The translations under genes were made by a program, and so were the position numbers. This document shows, piece after piece, positions 50,403-62,399 of a DNA stretch of 64,000 bases. The notes below the pieces were generated by a model. It saw only the letters and a list, made by a program, of their open reading frames with translations, was not told where the DNA came from and ran no database searches. The number at the start of each line of letters is the position of its first letter. Position 1 is the first letter of the stretch. Source of the DNA: Callorhinchus milii (lineage: Eukaryota); the NCBI RefSeq assembly GCF_018977255.1, contig NW_024704743.1:47308001-47372000 (forward strand), read 5' to 3'.

Positions 50403-51161
50403 TAAACTGCATAATGCTGCTCCGAAAATTGATAGGAAGTGATTGAAACAGGAATGTGGTCGGCTTCGTCTGATATTAGCAGTACTGCTTCTGTCATCAC
50501 CTGATTCCTTGAGGGGAGATGGTATGTGCTCACTCACATGGGACACGCTGCTCTCATACCATAATCAGAGATACATGAGAATATCCTGGGTTTCTATATC
50601 TCAACTTCCCAATGACTCGGTTTTCTTGAGGAAAGTATTTCTATATATCTCAATCTTCCTCATGCCTCTTGTCGCCTCTGCACATACTCCTCATTCACAT
50701 TGGTGGAGCAGTGCAGCCTCTGGCTTCTCTCAACAACTGACACTTTCTGATAAGCCAATGCACAAAAGTATATGCATGTTTTCAGGTCAATTTTTCCCAC
50801 TTCCTTTATGCTCAAGGCTTTTCTCTCATAAGACACTCAGTGTGGTGGCCTCACCCAGAACTGCTGAAACGCATTACAATCAAAGCTAACAGACCTGTGT
50901 ATCAAGTTAGAATGAATATTTATATATTGCTTCAGGTCAGAATATCTCAAAGTGCTTAGCAGATAATTACAGTTAAATGTAGTGACTGATTTTGTAGGTA
51001 ACCATGTCAGCCATTTGTGTCAGCAGAAACCCATAAACAACAATAAAATGGATAACAATTAACCTAGAGGATTGTTGGTTAGGACACCGGGAGAAACTCA
51101 CTTCTCTTTTCAAATAGTGCCACGGGATCTTTAACATCCATCAGAACAGGAAGACAGGCGG

Positions 51162-51565
51162 ACAACAACAACTTGCATTTATACAGCGCCCTCCACGCAG
51201 GTAGCATCTCAGAGTGCTTAACAGTAGCAGAGCCTGACTCCGAGACGGGCGGGGGGAGGTGATCATAAGCACAATCGAAAAGGAAGCTTTTCAGGCGGGA
51301 CTTGAAAAAGGGGAGAGAAGGGGCAAAGCAGAGGGATTGAGGGAAGAGTGTTCCAGAGTTTCGGGGCATAGTGGTTGAGCGTGCAACCTCCAATGGTGGA
51401 GTGGAGGGTGCGAGGGACAAGCAGGAGACCAGTGCCAGTCGAACGGATGTGCCAGGTGGTGGATTGGGGAGTGAGGAGGTCGGAGAGGTAAGGAGGTTCT
51501 AGGGAGTGAAGGGATTTGAACACAAGTCTGAGGATCCTGAAGTCGATCCATTCGGCGACTGAGCT
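51162..51565 (-). mobile_element. L2 3' end
   Basis: FKSLHSLEPPYLSDLL..YAPKLWN; tail. Confidence 0.85.
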
Positions 51566-51987
51566 GGATTTTTTGAATAGTGGGGAGATCGGCGAATATC
51601 AAAACTCGGACAACCAGAGGAATATCACCCCCTCCCCCCAGCCCCTTCAGCTGCAGATAATTATCATTTACAGTAGCAAAGAGCTCATATATAGTGGGGA
51701 GTAATATCCAATATTTATAACTGGTGAATCGTATATTTATCTGTAAAATAAATATTAATCATTTGATATTGTGCCTTATCACGTCTTTGAGGCGTCTCAA
51801 AGCGCTTCACAGGATATGAAGCGTTTTTGAAGCATTTGAAGCGAATGTCAAAATCATTTTACAGTATCTCCTGTGAAGTGCTCTGAGAAGATATCTCGAT
51901 GACATGATAAGGCACTATAACAAATGCAAGGATTATTATAATTATCTACCTGTCACACAGCCTTTAACATATTCTTAAACGCCATAC

Positions 51988-52302
51988 CTGGGTTTGTGCT
52001 CCTGTGGGCAGTGGCTGATGCGGAGGCGTGTGGTGCTGTGGGAGGTGTGGATGCAGGTGTGGATGGGAGTGGGGGTGGCTATGCTGGTGATGGTGGTGCT
52101 GAGGGTGGTGATGGTGTTCGTGTTGATGCTGATGTTGGTGCTGGTGCGTGTACGGATGATGAGGAGGTGGCTGGTGTGGATGTGAGTGCATGTGATGGTG
52201 TGGTGCTTGCTCCTCTCTGGATGACATCATCACTTGGCCCATCATGTTCATATTTCCATTCGACAAAGCCGTAGGGTGCTGACTCAGTGCTGCTTTCAGG
52301 CG
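51988..52302 (-). CDS. CREB5: CREB5 internal coding exon, His-rich region (RLKAALSQHP...HQPLPTGAQTQ); 315 nt, phase 0/0
   Basis: Translation matches my recollection of vertebrate CREB5 (RLKAAL.HHP..MSNGNMN..HHHMHSHPHQ). Acceptor tttgttttgtttccag|CGC; donor CAG|gtatgg. Confidence 0.95.
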
Positions 52303-53027
52303 CTGGAAACAAAACAAAGAACAATAATTGAAACCTTATTGCTCTTCAAGTTTACCATACTGAAGATGTTATACACATTCTCGTTCCAGTGTCTAAACCC
52401 CACAGTTGTCAGAATTGACAATACACGGCATACTAGCATTACAAAAGATGTAATCATGCTTTGTTACAAGATTTCTGTTTTGTATTTCATTGATTGTCAT
52501 GTCTACTTTTTTAAGCTCTATTTCAGTTTTCATGTTTCAAAGATCTTGGGCCAAACGCATTTTCCTCTTTGCAATATTGCCACAGCAGGGATCATTTTAT
52601 TATCAGAGCAAAATAAAGCCTCAAACTTTTCAAAACTATTCATGTTGTATTCTTGCTTATTTAGACTTAGGAGCTGTTGTGTACAGACATCCTGAAGTGC
52701 CTCAGCCCACAGCCCTCGGCCCACTCTTCTATAGCTGCTGGGCCAAAGACCCCGATCTCAAGCATTAACATTTGCTGGGTTGGGCAGAGTGTGTATTTTG
52801 CTACTCTTAAGCAGATTCAGCCCAGAAAATAACACTTAAACCAAAAAAATACATATTGCATTCTCTAAGGGTCAAAACTAAAAGAAAACTAATATGAAAA
52901 ATGTTAGTGATGAAAATCAGAGCGAACAAAAAGGGAGGGGCTGAGTAGGAGAAGACATTGGATTTCTTCAACATCAGTAAGCTGTAGGTTCAAGCCATAC
53001 ATAAGGGCATAGCCTTATAGTCTAGAA

Positions 53028-53866
53028 CAGGGTGGTCAAACCTTTTGGCTGCTGAGGGCTGGATGTATCTGTGTGTGTCTCTCTCTTTCTGTCTATGTGT
53101 AGCTCGGCATCTCTCTCTTTCCGTCTGTGTGTGTGTCTCTGTATCTCTCTCTCTCTGTCTCTATATTGCTCTCTGCCTGTTTGTGTGTGTATCTGTCTCT
53201 TTCTTTGTCTCTGTGTGTCTCTCTCTCTCTTTGTCTGTGTGTGTCTCTATCTCTCTTTCTCTGCCTGTGTGTGTCTCTCTCTCTCTCATTTTGTCTCTGT
53301 GTGTGTGTCTCTCTCTGTGTGTGTCTCTCTCTCTGTGTGTGTCTCTATCTCTTGCTTTTTTGCGTGTGTCTTTGTATCTCTCCCTCTCTCTATCTTTGTG
53401 TGTCTCTGTATCTCTCCCTTTCTCTGCCTGTGTATTCCTCTGTATCTCTCCTTCTCTGTTTGTGTGTGTCTCTATCTCTTTCTTTCTTTGTGTGTGCCTC
53501 TGTATCTCTCCCTCTCTCTGCCTGTGTGTGCCTCTGTATCTCTCCCTCTCTCTGCCTGTGTGTGCCTCTGTATCTCTCCCTCTCTCTGCCTGTGTGTGCC
53601 TCTGTATCTCTCCTTCCCTCTCTGTGCGTGTCTCTGTATCTCTCTCTGTGTGTTTCTTTGTAACTCTGTGTGTGTGTCTCTATCCTGCTACCAGTTTGAA
53701 AGTGATTAACAGGTTCTATTGTTAACAGGCACCTTTCAGCGCTGTATTTCCCACCAGGTCAAACTAAACCTGGGCTCCAGACACACAGTATCACTGTGCT
53801 CGGGGGCCGGATGATATCATCTCCCGGGACGGATGCAGCCTGTGGGCTGCCAGTTAAACCAACTTG
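53028..53866. mobile_element. Non-autonomous hAT (Charlie-like) element with internal microsatellite
   Basis: Ends cagggtggtcaaac / gttaaaccaacttg; GGCC-type subterminal motifs; degenerate 8-bp TSD gtctagaa/gtcgaggc. Confidence 0.7.
53066..53682. repeat. Compound (TC)n/(TG)n microsatellite with a 34-bp higher-order unit
   Basis: cctgtgtgtgcctctgtatctctccctctctctg in tandem at 53521-53554 and 53555-53588, plus partial copies. Confidence 0.95.
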
Positions 53867-54728
53867 GTCGAGGCTACCACACTAGTGCAGTACTGGGAGA
53901 TACCTGCATTGTCAGAATTGCTATCTTTCAGTTAAGATGTTAAGCTGAGTTCCCAGCCGCCTGTTTTAACATAGATGTTAAACAAACCATTACACTATTT
54001 TAAAAGAAATAGGAATTTCTCCAGGAATCCTAGCCAATAATCCTCTAGATGAATATAATCCTTTGTTGTTTGTTTGACTTAATTTTTTTTACTGGTACTT
54101 TGTTAGCAATTACAATAACTATGAAGCACTTTGAATTATCTCAAAGAAATAAAACACAAAAAACAAGTTATTTTTTCTTTCTAACATCTACAAAGCTGTT
54201 TTAGCAACATCTTCAGCCCAACGGAATTTATTGCTAATGAGAAATCTTTTCTGAAATCTAAAACAATTATGTGTTCCCATCAATACAATTCTAGACATGC
54301 ATCATTTTGCGGTGTTGCCAAAATGTGTTATTGACTGGAAAGAAACGATGGTCTTGTTTTCATTCCATGCAACAGCCTGTAATGTGTCACACAAATGTGG
54401 TAAAGCGTCAGAATACAGGAGATTTAAAGCATTAACTGAAGGTGAAGAAGACATTTCAGTCACAATGTTATCAAGGTCATGTTTGCCCTTTTGAGTTGAA
54501 CATTAAAGATCCAATGACACCAGTAGAAAAGACAAAGGAATTTCTCCCAGCTTCCTGGCCCACAAACCTGGAATAAAATTGATCACTCACTTCATGGCTA
54601 TATGTGCGACATTGCTGTGCGCAAATTGCCTGTTTGCCTACAATATACATTTTTAGTAAATCCTATGAAGCGCTTGAGCATCCTCCCAAAGTGAAAGGTA
54701 CTATATCGCATGTAAAGATTATTATTTA

Positions 54729-55662
54729 TAATAATAATCCTTGAATTTGATATAGCATCTTGTCATGTCATTGACACTGCTTAAGGCGCTTCACAGGATA
54801 TACTGTAAAGCGGATTGACTGTATTTTATGGTGAAATGCAGCAGCCAGTTTTGCACAGCAATGTCCTATAAGCAGCCATGGAGTGAGTGACAAATTTTAT
54901 TTGCTGATAATGTTGGCCAGGTCACTGGGAGAGACTCTTTCTCTTTTCGACGGGTGTTGTGGGATTTTTAACATCCACTGAACAGGCACCTGGGAACTCG
55001 ATTTAAAGTCTCCTCCAAAGGATGGCACCTCCAAAAATCCACAGCACTGGTGTCAGCTTAACAGCGTGGTCCAACTGGCGGGCCGAATCCAGTCCAGCAG
55101 GTGATTTTATCCGGCCCAAAACTATTTCCAACATTCCAACTTCTGCTCCCTCTCTTCCTGGTGAATGTCCTCCTATGGCAGCGGCAGGAGCCGGCGGTTG
55201 GGAGGATGCAGTGCAGAGTGGAAATAATACCGACCGTTACTGCAGTCCGTCAGGAAGGCAAGTGTGGCTCTTACCAACCCCGTCCTTAAAGACCACCCAT
55301 AGGAGTTCCTTTCCTCCCCCATTTCAAGGCTCATCAAGACCCAACTCTTTCAGTCATCTTTTCCCCTCCCCATCCAACCTCTCTCGGCTCCCATCCCTAG
55401 CTCAGGTGCCCAGCCGACAGTGTCAAAATGTTCTTCCAACTTGAAAAAGGTGTTGTGTAAATGTTCTTATGTTTCTGGCAGGGAAACACAAAATATTGCT
55501 TATGTGGCCCGCAGACCTTTCTCAATTAGGGAATCCAGCTCGCGGCAGCCAAAATGTTGGACCACCCTGGCTTAGAGTATGTGATTCCAACTCCCGACAT
55601 GGGGCTTGAACCTACTACCTTCTGACTCAGAGGCGAGAGTGCTACCAATGCATCAGGCTGAC
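54729..55662 (-). mobile_element. Deu-SINE interrupted by a hAT-type MITE
   Basis: Tail at 54729, Deu core to ~55060, head at 55570-55662. Confidence 0.75.
55062..55569. mobile_element. Non-autonomous hAT (Charlie-like) element
   Basis: TIRs cagcgtggtccaac / gttggaccaccctg (13/14); contains an L2 3' piece at ~55290-55465. Confidence 0.8.
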
Positions 55663-55679
55663 ACACAAACCAGTTCCTC

Positions 55680-55848
55680 CAGAAAGCGATCTGCCAATTG
55701 TCTAACAACCGGGTTCCTACTTACTGTTAGGTAAACAGAAGCATTTTGGAGCAAGGAAACTTGCCTAAGGTTTTTCCTCACCCGTGAATCGAACCCAGAT
55801 CCTCTCGCTTGCAAGGCGAGCACGCTAACCACTACGCTACGGGACTCC
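55680..55848 (-). mobile_element. tRNA-SINE 5' portion
   Basis: Minus strand reads ggagtcccgtagcgtagtggttagcgtgctcgccttgcaagcgagaggatctgggttcgattc. Confidence 0.8.
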
Positions 55849-57352
55849 ATAGTCCTGTAGCCCATTGGTTTATGACCCCTCATGATAGAAATTTCTATCA
55901 CAATAGTAGAATATCATCATCGTACCTGAGTTTCAGTATTTCCACACTGGTCAGATAAATGAAAAACATCTACATTTCCCAGGCAACACATATGGTACAA
56001 ATAGGTTCCTCTTTCCAAACCTTACTCCCCATGATCAATTTGTAATTGTGTGCGAGGACTTAATTAAGAAACTTAGGAGGTTACGTTAGGAGGTTAGGTA
56101 ATATTTTTATGGAGTATTAAAGTTGAACTGTGAAGATAAACATAGTCAAACAACTTTAACCCTTAACACTCTATTCATCATCCTGACTTTTATCACAGTA
56201 TCTACGGATGTAGAGTGAAGATGAATAAAGATGCTTATGGAGAGAGAAAGGTTAACCTACTGAGGTGCTGGATTTTTCATTCATAACAGACAGGGAAACA
56301 TAATTCTTTGTGGGTTATATCTGAACGGTTTTACGTGGAGGTTCTGCTTGTCTTTAGTGTTGCTGCAGTTTTGCACTACTCTTCTAAGCTTTTACTGTTT
56401 TTACAACATGGAGACATTATGTTGTGCTCTCCTGCCACCTTGAATATCTCACTGAAATAATTTAATGACGTCTTTCCACAAAGGCTCCCTGCTAATTTTC
56501 TCTTCTCTCAGCTCCATTACCAAGTTCATTTATTAGGAAAACATATAGGATATGTCAAGAAGCCTTGCGTGCAGCTGCTCTTCAGTCAATTTCATTCAAT
56601 TTAGAAGATCCACACGATTTCGCAAGCTTTTCATTCATCAAAACCCAATAGAAAAGTCAACCAGATGCCCTGTTTCACAGTACTAGTATGAAGCTAAGCA
56701 ACCTGCTGCACTATCTTCCAAGGCATCATCATTGATCAGACCCTGGTGTCTCATTAATATTTTCTGAAGTGCTTGATCCTTCATGCTGAGGCTGAACAAC
56801 ATGCTCTTGGCCAGCTTCACTACTCATTAAAGCTGCAGTTTAGCTCAGTCTGCTCGGGCTATGTAGTTAACAGAAGTGAAATGATCATTATGGTAATCAA
56901 CAATCAATCAACACAGTCAACTCCACATGAATGCAAACCTGGCCTAAGCATAATTCTGTCCCTCGTGTGGGACACCAAAGCACCTGATAACGTTTCACTT
57001 AGCCCCTCTGCACAGAATTCCTGATGCAAAACGTTTTTTTAATCTATTGCATATAATCTATTGCATGCATAGGGGTAAATGTTGTCAATAATGCAACATA
57101 TAAAATCTGTTTGCATAATAATAAATAAGATGAGTTACAACTAATCAGTAAACCGTGAAGACCAACATTTCTCATTTCCTAGACCATTGCCTTAAAATAT
57201 ATCTTTGAGCCTCTGTCATTTGGTCGATATTTCATATACTTTCTGATGATCCTGGAAATCGAGCATAATTACTGTAAAAGTGTAAAAGCTACTGATTCAT
57301 TAAACATTAAAATTAATTAACATTAAAAGCAGGTCAGTCACAACAAAATCAT

Positions 57353-57770
57353 AATAATAATCATTTTTGAATTTATGTAGCACCTTTCATGTCAGGAGGA
57401 AAGTGGTTCATGTTAAAAATCCCATGGCACGAGTCGAAGTGTAGTGACTGTATTTATAGGCGATCGCAGCAGCCCATTTAAGTACACCAATGTCCCGCAA
57501 ACAGCTTGGAAGTGAATGACCAATTTTATTTAGGGGATTGTTGGCCAGGACACCCAGGAGAAATTCCCTTCTCTTTTTGAGTAGGGCCATGGGATCTTTA
57601 ACATCCACCTGAACAGCCAGACAGGACCTTGGTTTACATCTGAAGGATAACACCTCCAACATTCCAAAATCCTAAACTATGTGTCAGCCTAAACTATTCG
57701 ATTTCAAAGTCACGCCGTGGGGTTTTAACCCTTCTGACTTAGAGATGAGAGTGCTACCAACTGAGGCAGG
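57353..57770 (-). mobile_element. Deu-domain SINE, near full length (other copies ~2552-2745, 4140-4470, 12930-13122, 13650-13895, 22166-22420, 30115-30410, 50915-51160, 54497-54725)
   Basis: tRNA-like head (ttggtagcactctc..tcagaagg), Deu core and tail. Confidence 0.7.
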
Positions 57771-58017
57771 GAGGTGTTTCTGAGAGCAATTTGACCAAGG
57801 TGCTGTGCTGACAGTATCATTGTTGTTTAGCAGGATTTTTAAATCTGGTGCATACACATGGCTGACCTTTCAAGCCTTATCTCAGATCATTTTATTTGAA
57901 ATCTACCAGTAGTGTTTCTCTGTGACTAACATTAAATATTAAACACCTTTGTCAACGGTTTCCTGCATTATAAAACATGTATTTATTAAAATTATCATTC
58001 ACAGATTGTGTGCAGTT

Positions 58018-58333
58018 AATAATAATAATCCTTGCATTTGATATAGCGCTTTTCACGTCTTCTAGACGTCCCAAAGCGCTTCACAGAATATAGTGTAAAG
58101 TGAATTGACTGTATATTTGTGGGCGAACGCGGCAGCCAATTGCACACAGCAATGTCCTACAAACAGTCATGGATTGAAAATGACCAATTTATTATTGTTT
58201 TGTTTTTTTGGAGGGATTATTATTAGGCTCTGTGTGGAGTAAGGAAACTTGCCTAAGGTTTCGCCCTGCCGGGAATTGAACTCAGGTCTCTCACTTGCAA
58301 AGAAAGTGCTCTAACCACTGAGCTACAGGACTC
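58018..58333 (-). mobile_element. Full-length tRNA-Ala-derived SINE
   Basis: Closely similar to the 27942-28261 copy. Confidence 0.9.
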
Positions 58334-58694
58334 AGTTGTCACCTTCCCACAACCCTCTTCACTTTCAAATGGCTCCATAAGTCTTGCTGTCCTCTATCTC
58401 TGCATCCTCCTGTGACCCTAATGACCTGGCTGTTACTTCTGCTCAGCAATACTGTCCTGTACCCCCACACCATTGGTGGGTGAGCCTTCAGCTATTGTGT
58501 TCACACTCTCAGAAACTTCACCTATTTCATCAAGTACCTTGCAGAAAGCAAACTCACAGCACAAAAACAAACAGGATTTTTTGAGATAATGGAATAAAAT
58601 CAAACTTAAGTGAGATTTCACTGGAACATTTGATGCCAGAGCATTCAAGAGAAATGATCCCAAAATTAGCAATAAATTAGTAAGCAAACTCGCA

Positions 58695-59068
58695 TTTCAA
58701 ATCCCTTCATGCCCTCACACCTCCCTACCAATCTGATTTGCTTAACCCCCACTCCACCATCCGCTGCCTCCTGTCGGCCGACTCCGGCCTCCTGTTCGAC
58801 CCTTTGCCCCTCTGCTCGATCATCAGTGGCTGTGCTTTCAGCCACTATGCCCCGAAGCTCTGGAACTCCCTCCCTCAATCCCACGCTCAATCCCTCCGCC
58901 TTGCCCCCTCCTTCCCCACTTTCAAATCCCGCCTAAAGACCTTCTTTTTTCATTGTGCTTACCGTCACCTCCCATCTCCCTATGGCTCGGGGTCAGACTC
59001 CACCACTGTCAAGTGCTCTGGGACGCTACCCCACATGAAGGGCGCCAAATAAATCCAAGTTGTTGTTG
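58695..59068 (+). mobile_element. L2 3' end
   Basis: AFSHYAPKLWNSLP..FKSRLKTFFF; (TTG)n tail. Confidence 0.85.
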
Positions 59069-61076
59069 GTGTAGTATCTAAATTAATAATATTTTTTGCC
59101 TAGGTTACCAAAGCTACATTTTAATAAAAATAAACAAGTCTGAAAAATGTAGTGTCATATAAATGTAAGTGTTGGGGATGTCTGCATGTGAAATTTCAAT
59201 TGGAATATTATTTATTAATAGCTTGGACAGTACATAACATGATTTGGAGAACGGCAGCTAAACACATGAGCTGGCAAAAAAATATTGCAGTAATAGTAAC
59301 CAAGATACAAAATTGGCAGGGGTATAAATTCACAGTAACAGCAGTTGAAAATGACAGCCATACGCTGCTGTACCACAGCATAATAAAACTTCCCAACAAG
59401 CATCTTGAGCAATGTATCCAATTTACTGTCGCACTCAGGACAGAACACTTTCCACCAGCCAAGCAAATGATTCCCTTTTTCCCCACAGAATGTCATGGAA
59501 CTGCATGATCACTGTAGTCTAGAAATGCAATAACACATTATCCAAACGTCTCATAGACCGTCTCATGGCTGAATAGCTGGAACCTCTCCAAAAAAAGAGT
59601 GGACACTTAATTTTTCCATTTTGCGGTTGGAGCAGTTAGTGATAATTTATAGCACCTTCTGATCAAGCGCCAATGGTTTATTAATTGAATTATACAACTT
59701 TTTTTTGTCAGCAAAGGCTGCCTTCTCCAGTCAACAACCCAGGCTCTGTCACTTCCAGGCTGTCTGCTGCTTTAGCTTGTTTAGTTACATGACAACTGTG
59801 AAAAGACCAATGTAAAATGGCTTAGAGATTGGATTAGGCACAGCTTAGTATATTCACAAGTTTTGCCGGGTGCTAGAAAGAAACATCCAACATAGCTGGA
59901 TCTGAATGTTACATTTACATCGTACATACAGATGGAAGTCTGAAATTCAGCTTGGACTTTAGGAGCAGTTGTGTTTGAAAGGCAATCCCTGATTTGAATT
60001 TCAGCTTTTCTCAGATAGGTTCATCTCTTCACATTGGAAGCCAGAAATCTGAAGAGTTCGGGTTTGTTTTGGTCAGCCGATGTCTGACACATGCCAAAAC
60101 TCATGACCATGCTTAAGAGTATCCAAGCCAAACTGGCTTAATAATCCTTGGATTTGGTATAGTGCTTTTCACGTCTTGTAGACCTCTCAAAACGCTTCAC
60201 AGAATATATTGTAAAGTGAATTGATTGTATATTTGTGGGCGAAATGCAGCAGCCAATTGCGCACAGCAGTGGATTGAAGTGACCAATTTTATTGGAGTTT
60301 TTTCATGTTCCATGCATCCCATTACGCATGGAAGTTCCAGAGATAGATTGTTGGAATGGATTGCGCACTCTCTCTGTGGAGGGACACATCCTGTTTACTT
60401 AATTCCGGAAAATATTAGGCACAGGTCGGCAAGAGCCAAGGCTTGCGGACCCCAGAGTATGCTTTGCCATTGGGTTCGGGTTCTAACAATTGGATGTACG
60501 CTGGAAAACTTAGACCGATTTTCTGTTTTTCCCAAATGAGAAAGAAAAACACTTTTAATTCATAATGCATTTATAATCTGTGGCGGGAGCACAGTTTAAA
60601 CAAACACCACAAACTCTGACGTCCGTGATGCGTGTGGGATTGTAATGCAATTTGTGCTGCAGTTCTCCACACAGCACGTTCCCTATCCTGGCAAAATGTA
60701 AAAGGGGTAGATGTGGGGGGAGGATGGAGAAAAGTCAGAGCCTGTCAACCCAGATTGTCCTCATGCCACCTCTACCCTGTGGTTCCACAATCAGAAATTA
60801 TCTCCTTTTCCACCTCTCCTTTTTTCCTGCTCCTGGGGTACTGTTCTACTAGTATCAGACACCCTACACCATACCTCACCTAAATCATTAACTCATCTGA
60901 CATTAACACACTGCTATCTCCAACAGAGGCTTCTGGATAGCAATCAAAAGCACTGGCTGATCTCCTCCTCCCTAACTGAGGGATATATAGGCCAGTTGAG
61001 GCATTTCAACAGTTATATCAGCTGAGGCCAGCAAACTGCAGCCTTACGCTTTGTATGACACAGTGCTGTACAAATT

Positions 61077-61412
61077 AATAATAATCCTTACATTTGATAT
61101 AGCGCCTCATCACCTCGATGAGACGTCTCCTAAGTGGTCACAGCATATATTGTAAAGCTGGATTTCAGTGTATTTGGTGGGAGAAACGCGGCAGCCAATT
61201 GCGCACAGCAGTGCCGCACAAACACTTGTGGATTGAGTGACCACATTTTCTTTTGGAGGGATTATTACCCCCGGAAAGCGATCTGCCAATCGACTAACAA
61301 CTGGGTTCCTAATTACTGCTAGGTAAACAGGCGTGTGGAGTAAAAAAACTTGCTTAAGGTTTCGCTTCTCACTTACAAGATGAGCGGGCTAACCAGTTTG
61401 CTATGACACTCC
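61077..61412 (-). mobile_element. tRNA-derived SINE, degenerate head
   Basis: Homologous body and (ATT)n tail. Confidence 0.8.
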
Positions 61413-62005
61413 ACTGATGTCTCTACCCCCCACTCCCACCCTACCTCGATGTGAAATGTACTACCTCAAATGTAGTAGGGTCTTTCCTCACTGGGCTAGA
61501 GGAAAACTTATTTCAAAGAGATTATTTCCAGTGTAATGACATCGACTCTGCAGTCTCCTGCTACACTATACAAGCACAAATAAGTACACATGAATGTCAA
61601 GACTTGACTAAATGCTTCAAATTCACTCGTTGAGACAATCTCATTTAAGGGACTCATTTCCATTTAGTATTTTACCAAGGTGTGATCAAAAATCAAACCA
61701 TCATTTGTGAGGATTCGTTTTGTGTGCTTTACTTTTTGGCACAATAAAAACCATGTTTAGAGGTCTGGAACCCACAAGTTGGATTAGTAACTAATTCAGT
61801 TCCGCTCTTATTTGAATTTGCTCAGAAACAGAAGGCTCTGGTTTCATGGACCTGAACTCACAATAATCACCAACAGCATTCCCCATTGCCTGAGGGCTCC
61901 TATTCTCTAAACCCATTTATTTCCACCAGAACCAGGCCTGTGGATAAAATCATGAAGAAAAACTGATGTGCACAGTCTCCTCTAAGCACCAAGCATTGAC
62001 AAAGA

Positions 62006-62399
62006 GGAGTCCTGCAGTGTATTGGTTAGAGCACTTGCCTCGCAAGCGAGCAGACCTGTGTTCAATTCCCAGGCAGGGCAAAACTTTAGGCAAGTTTCCT
62101 TACTCCACACGCCTCTGTTTACTTAGCATTAACTAGGAACCTGGTTGTTAGTCGATTGGCGGATCACTTTTCTGGGGGTAATAATCCCTTCAAAATAAAT
62201 AAATAAATAAATAAATAATAATTTGGTCACTCAATCCACGACTGTTTGTGGGACACGGTTGTGCGTAATTGGCTTCCGTCTTTCCCCCCAAAATATACAG
62301 TCAATTCACTGTACAGTATATGTTGTGAAGCGCTTTGAGACGTCTCGAAGACGTGATTAGGTGCTATATCAAATGCAAGGATTATTATTATTATTATTA
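62006..62399 (+). mobile_element. Full-length tRNA-Ala-derived SINE (longer variant)
   Basis: Same head and tail; extra internal segment gcctctgtttac..ggatcactttt shared with the copies at 11636, 24314, 34870, 55680 and 61077. Confidence 0.88.

Larger units (their letters stand above)
52960..54150 (+). mobile_element. Deu-SINE interrupted by a hAT-type MITE
   Basis: ggttcaagcc..ata|gtctagaa [insert] gtcgaggc..agtgcagtactgggag..ctttcagttaagatgttaa. Confidence 0.65.

Noticed and set aside
51994..52274. Plus-strand ORFs rich in V/M/G/D
   Set aside because: Antisense shadow of the CREB5 His exon.
53045..53725. Three long ORFs (178-226 aa) rich in L/S/V/C
   Set aside because: Translation of the TC/TG microsatellite.
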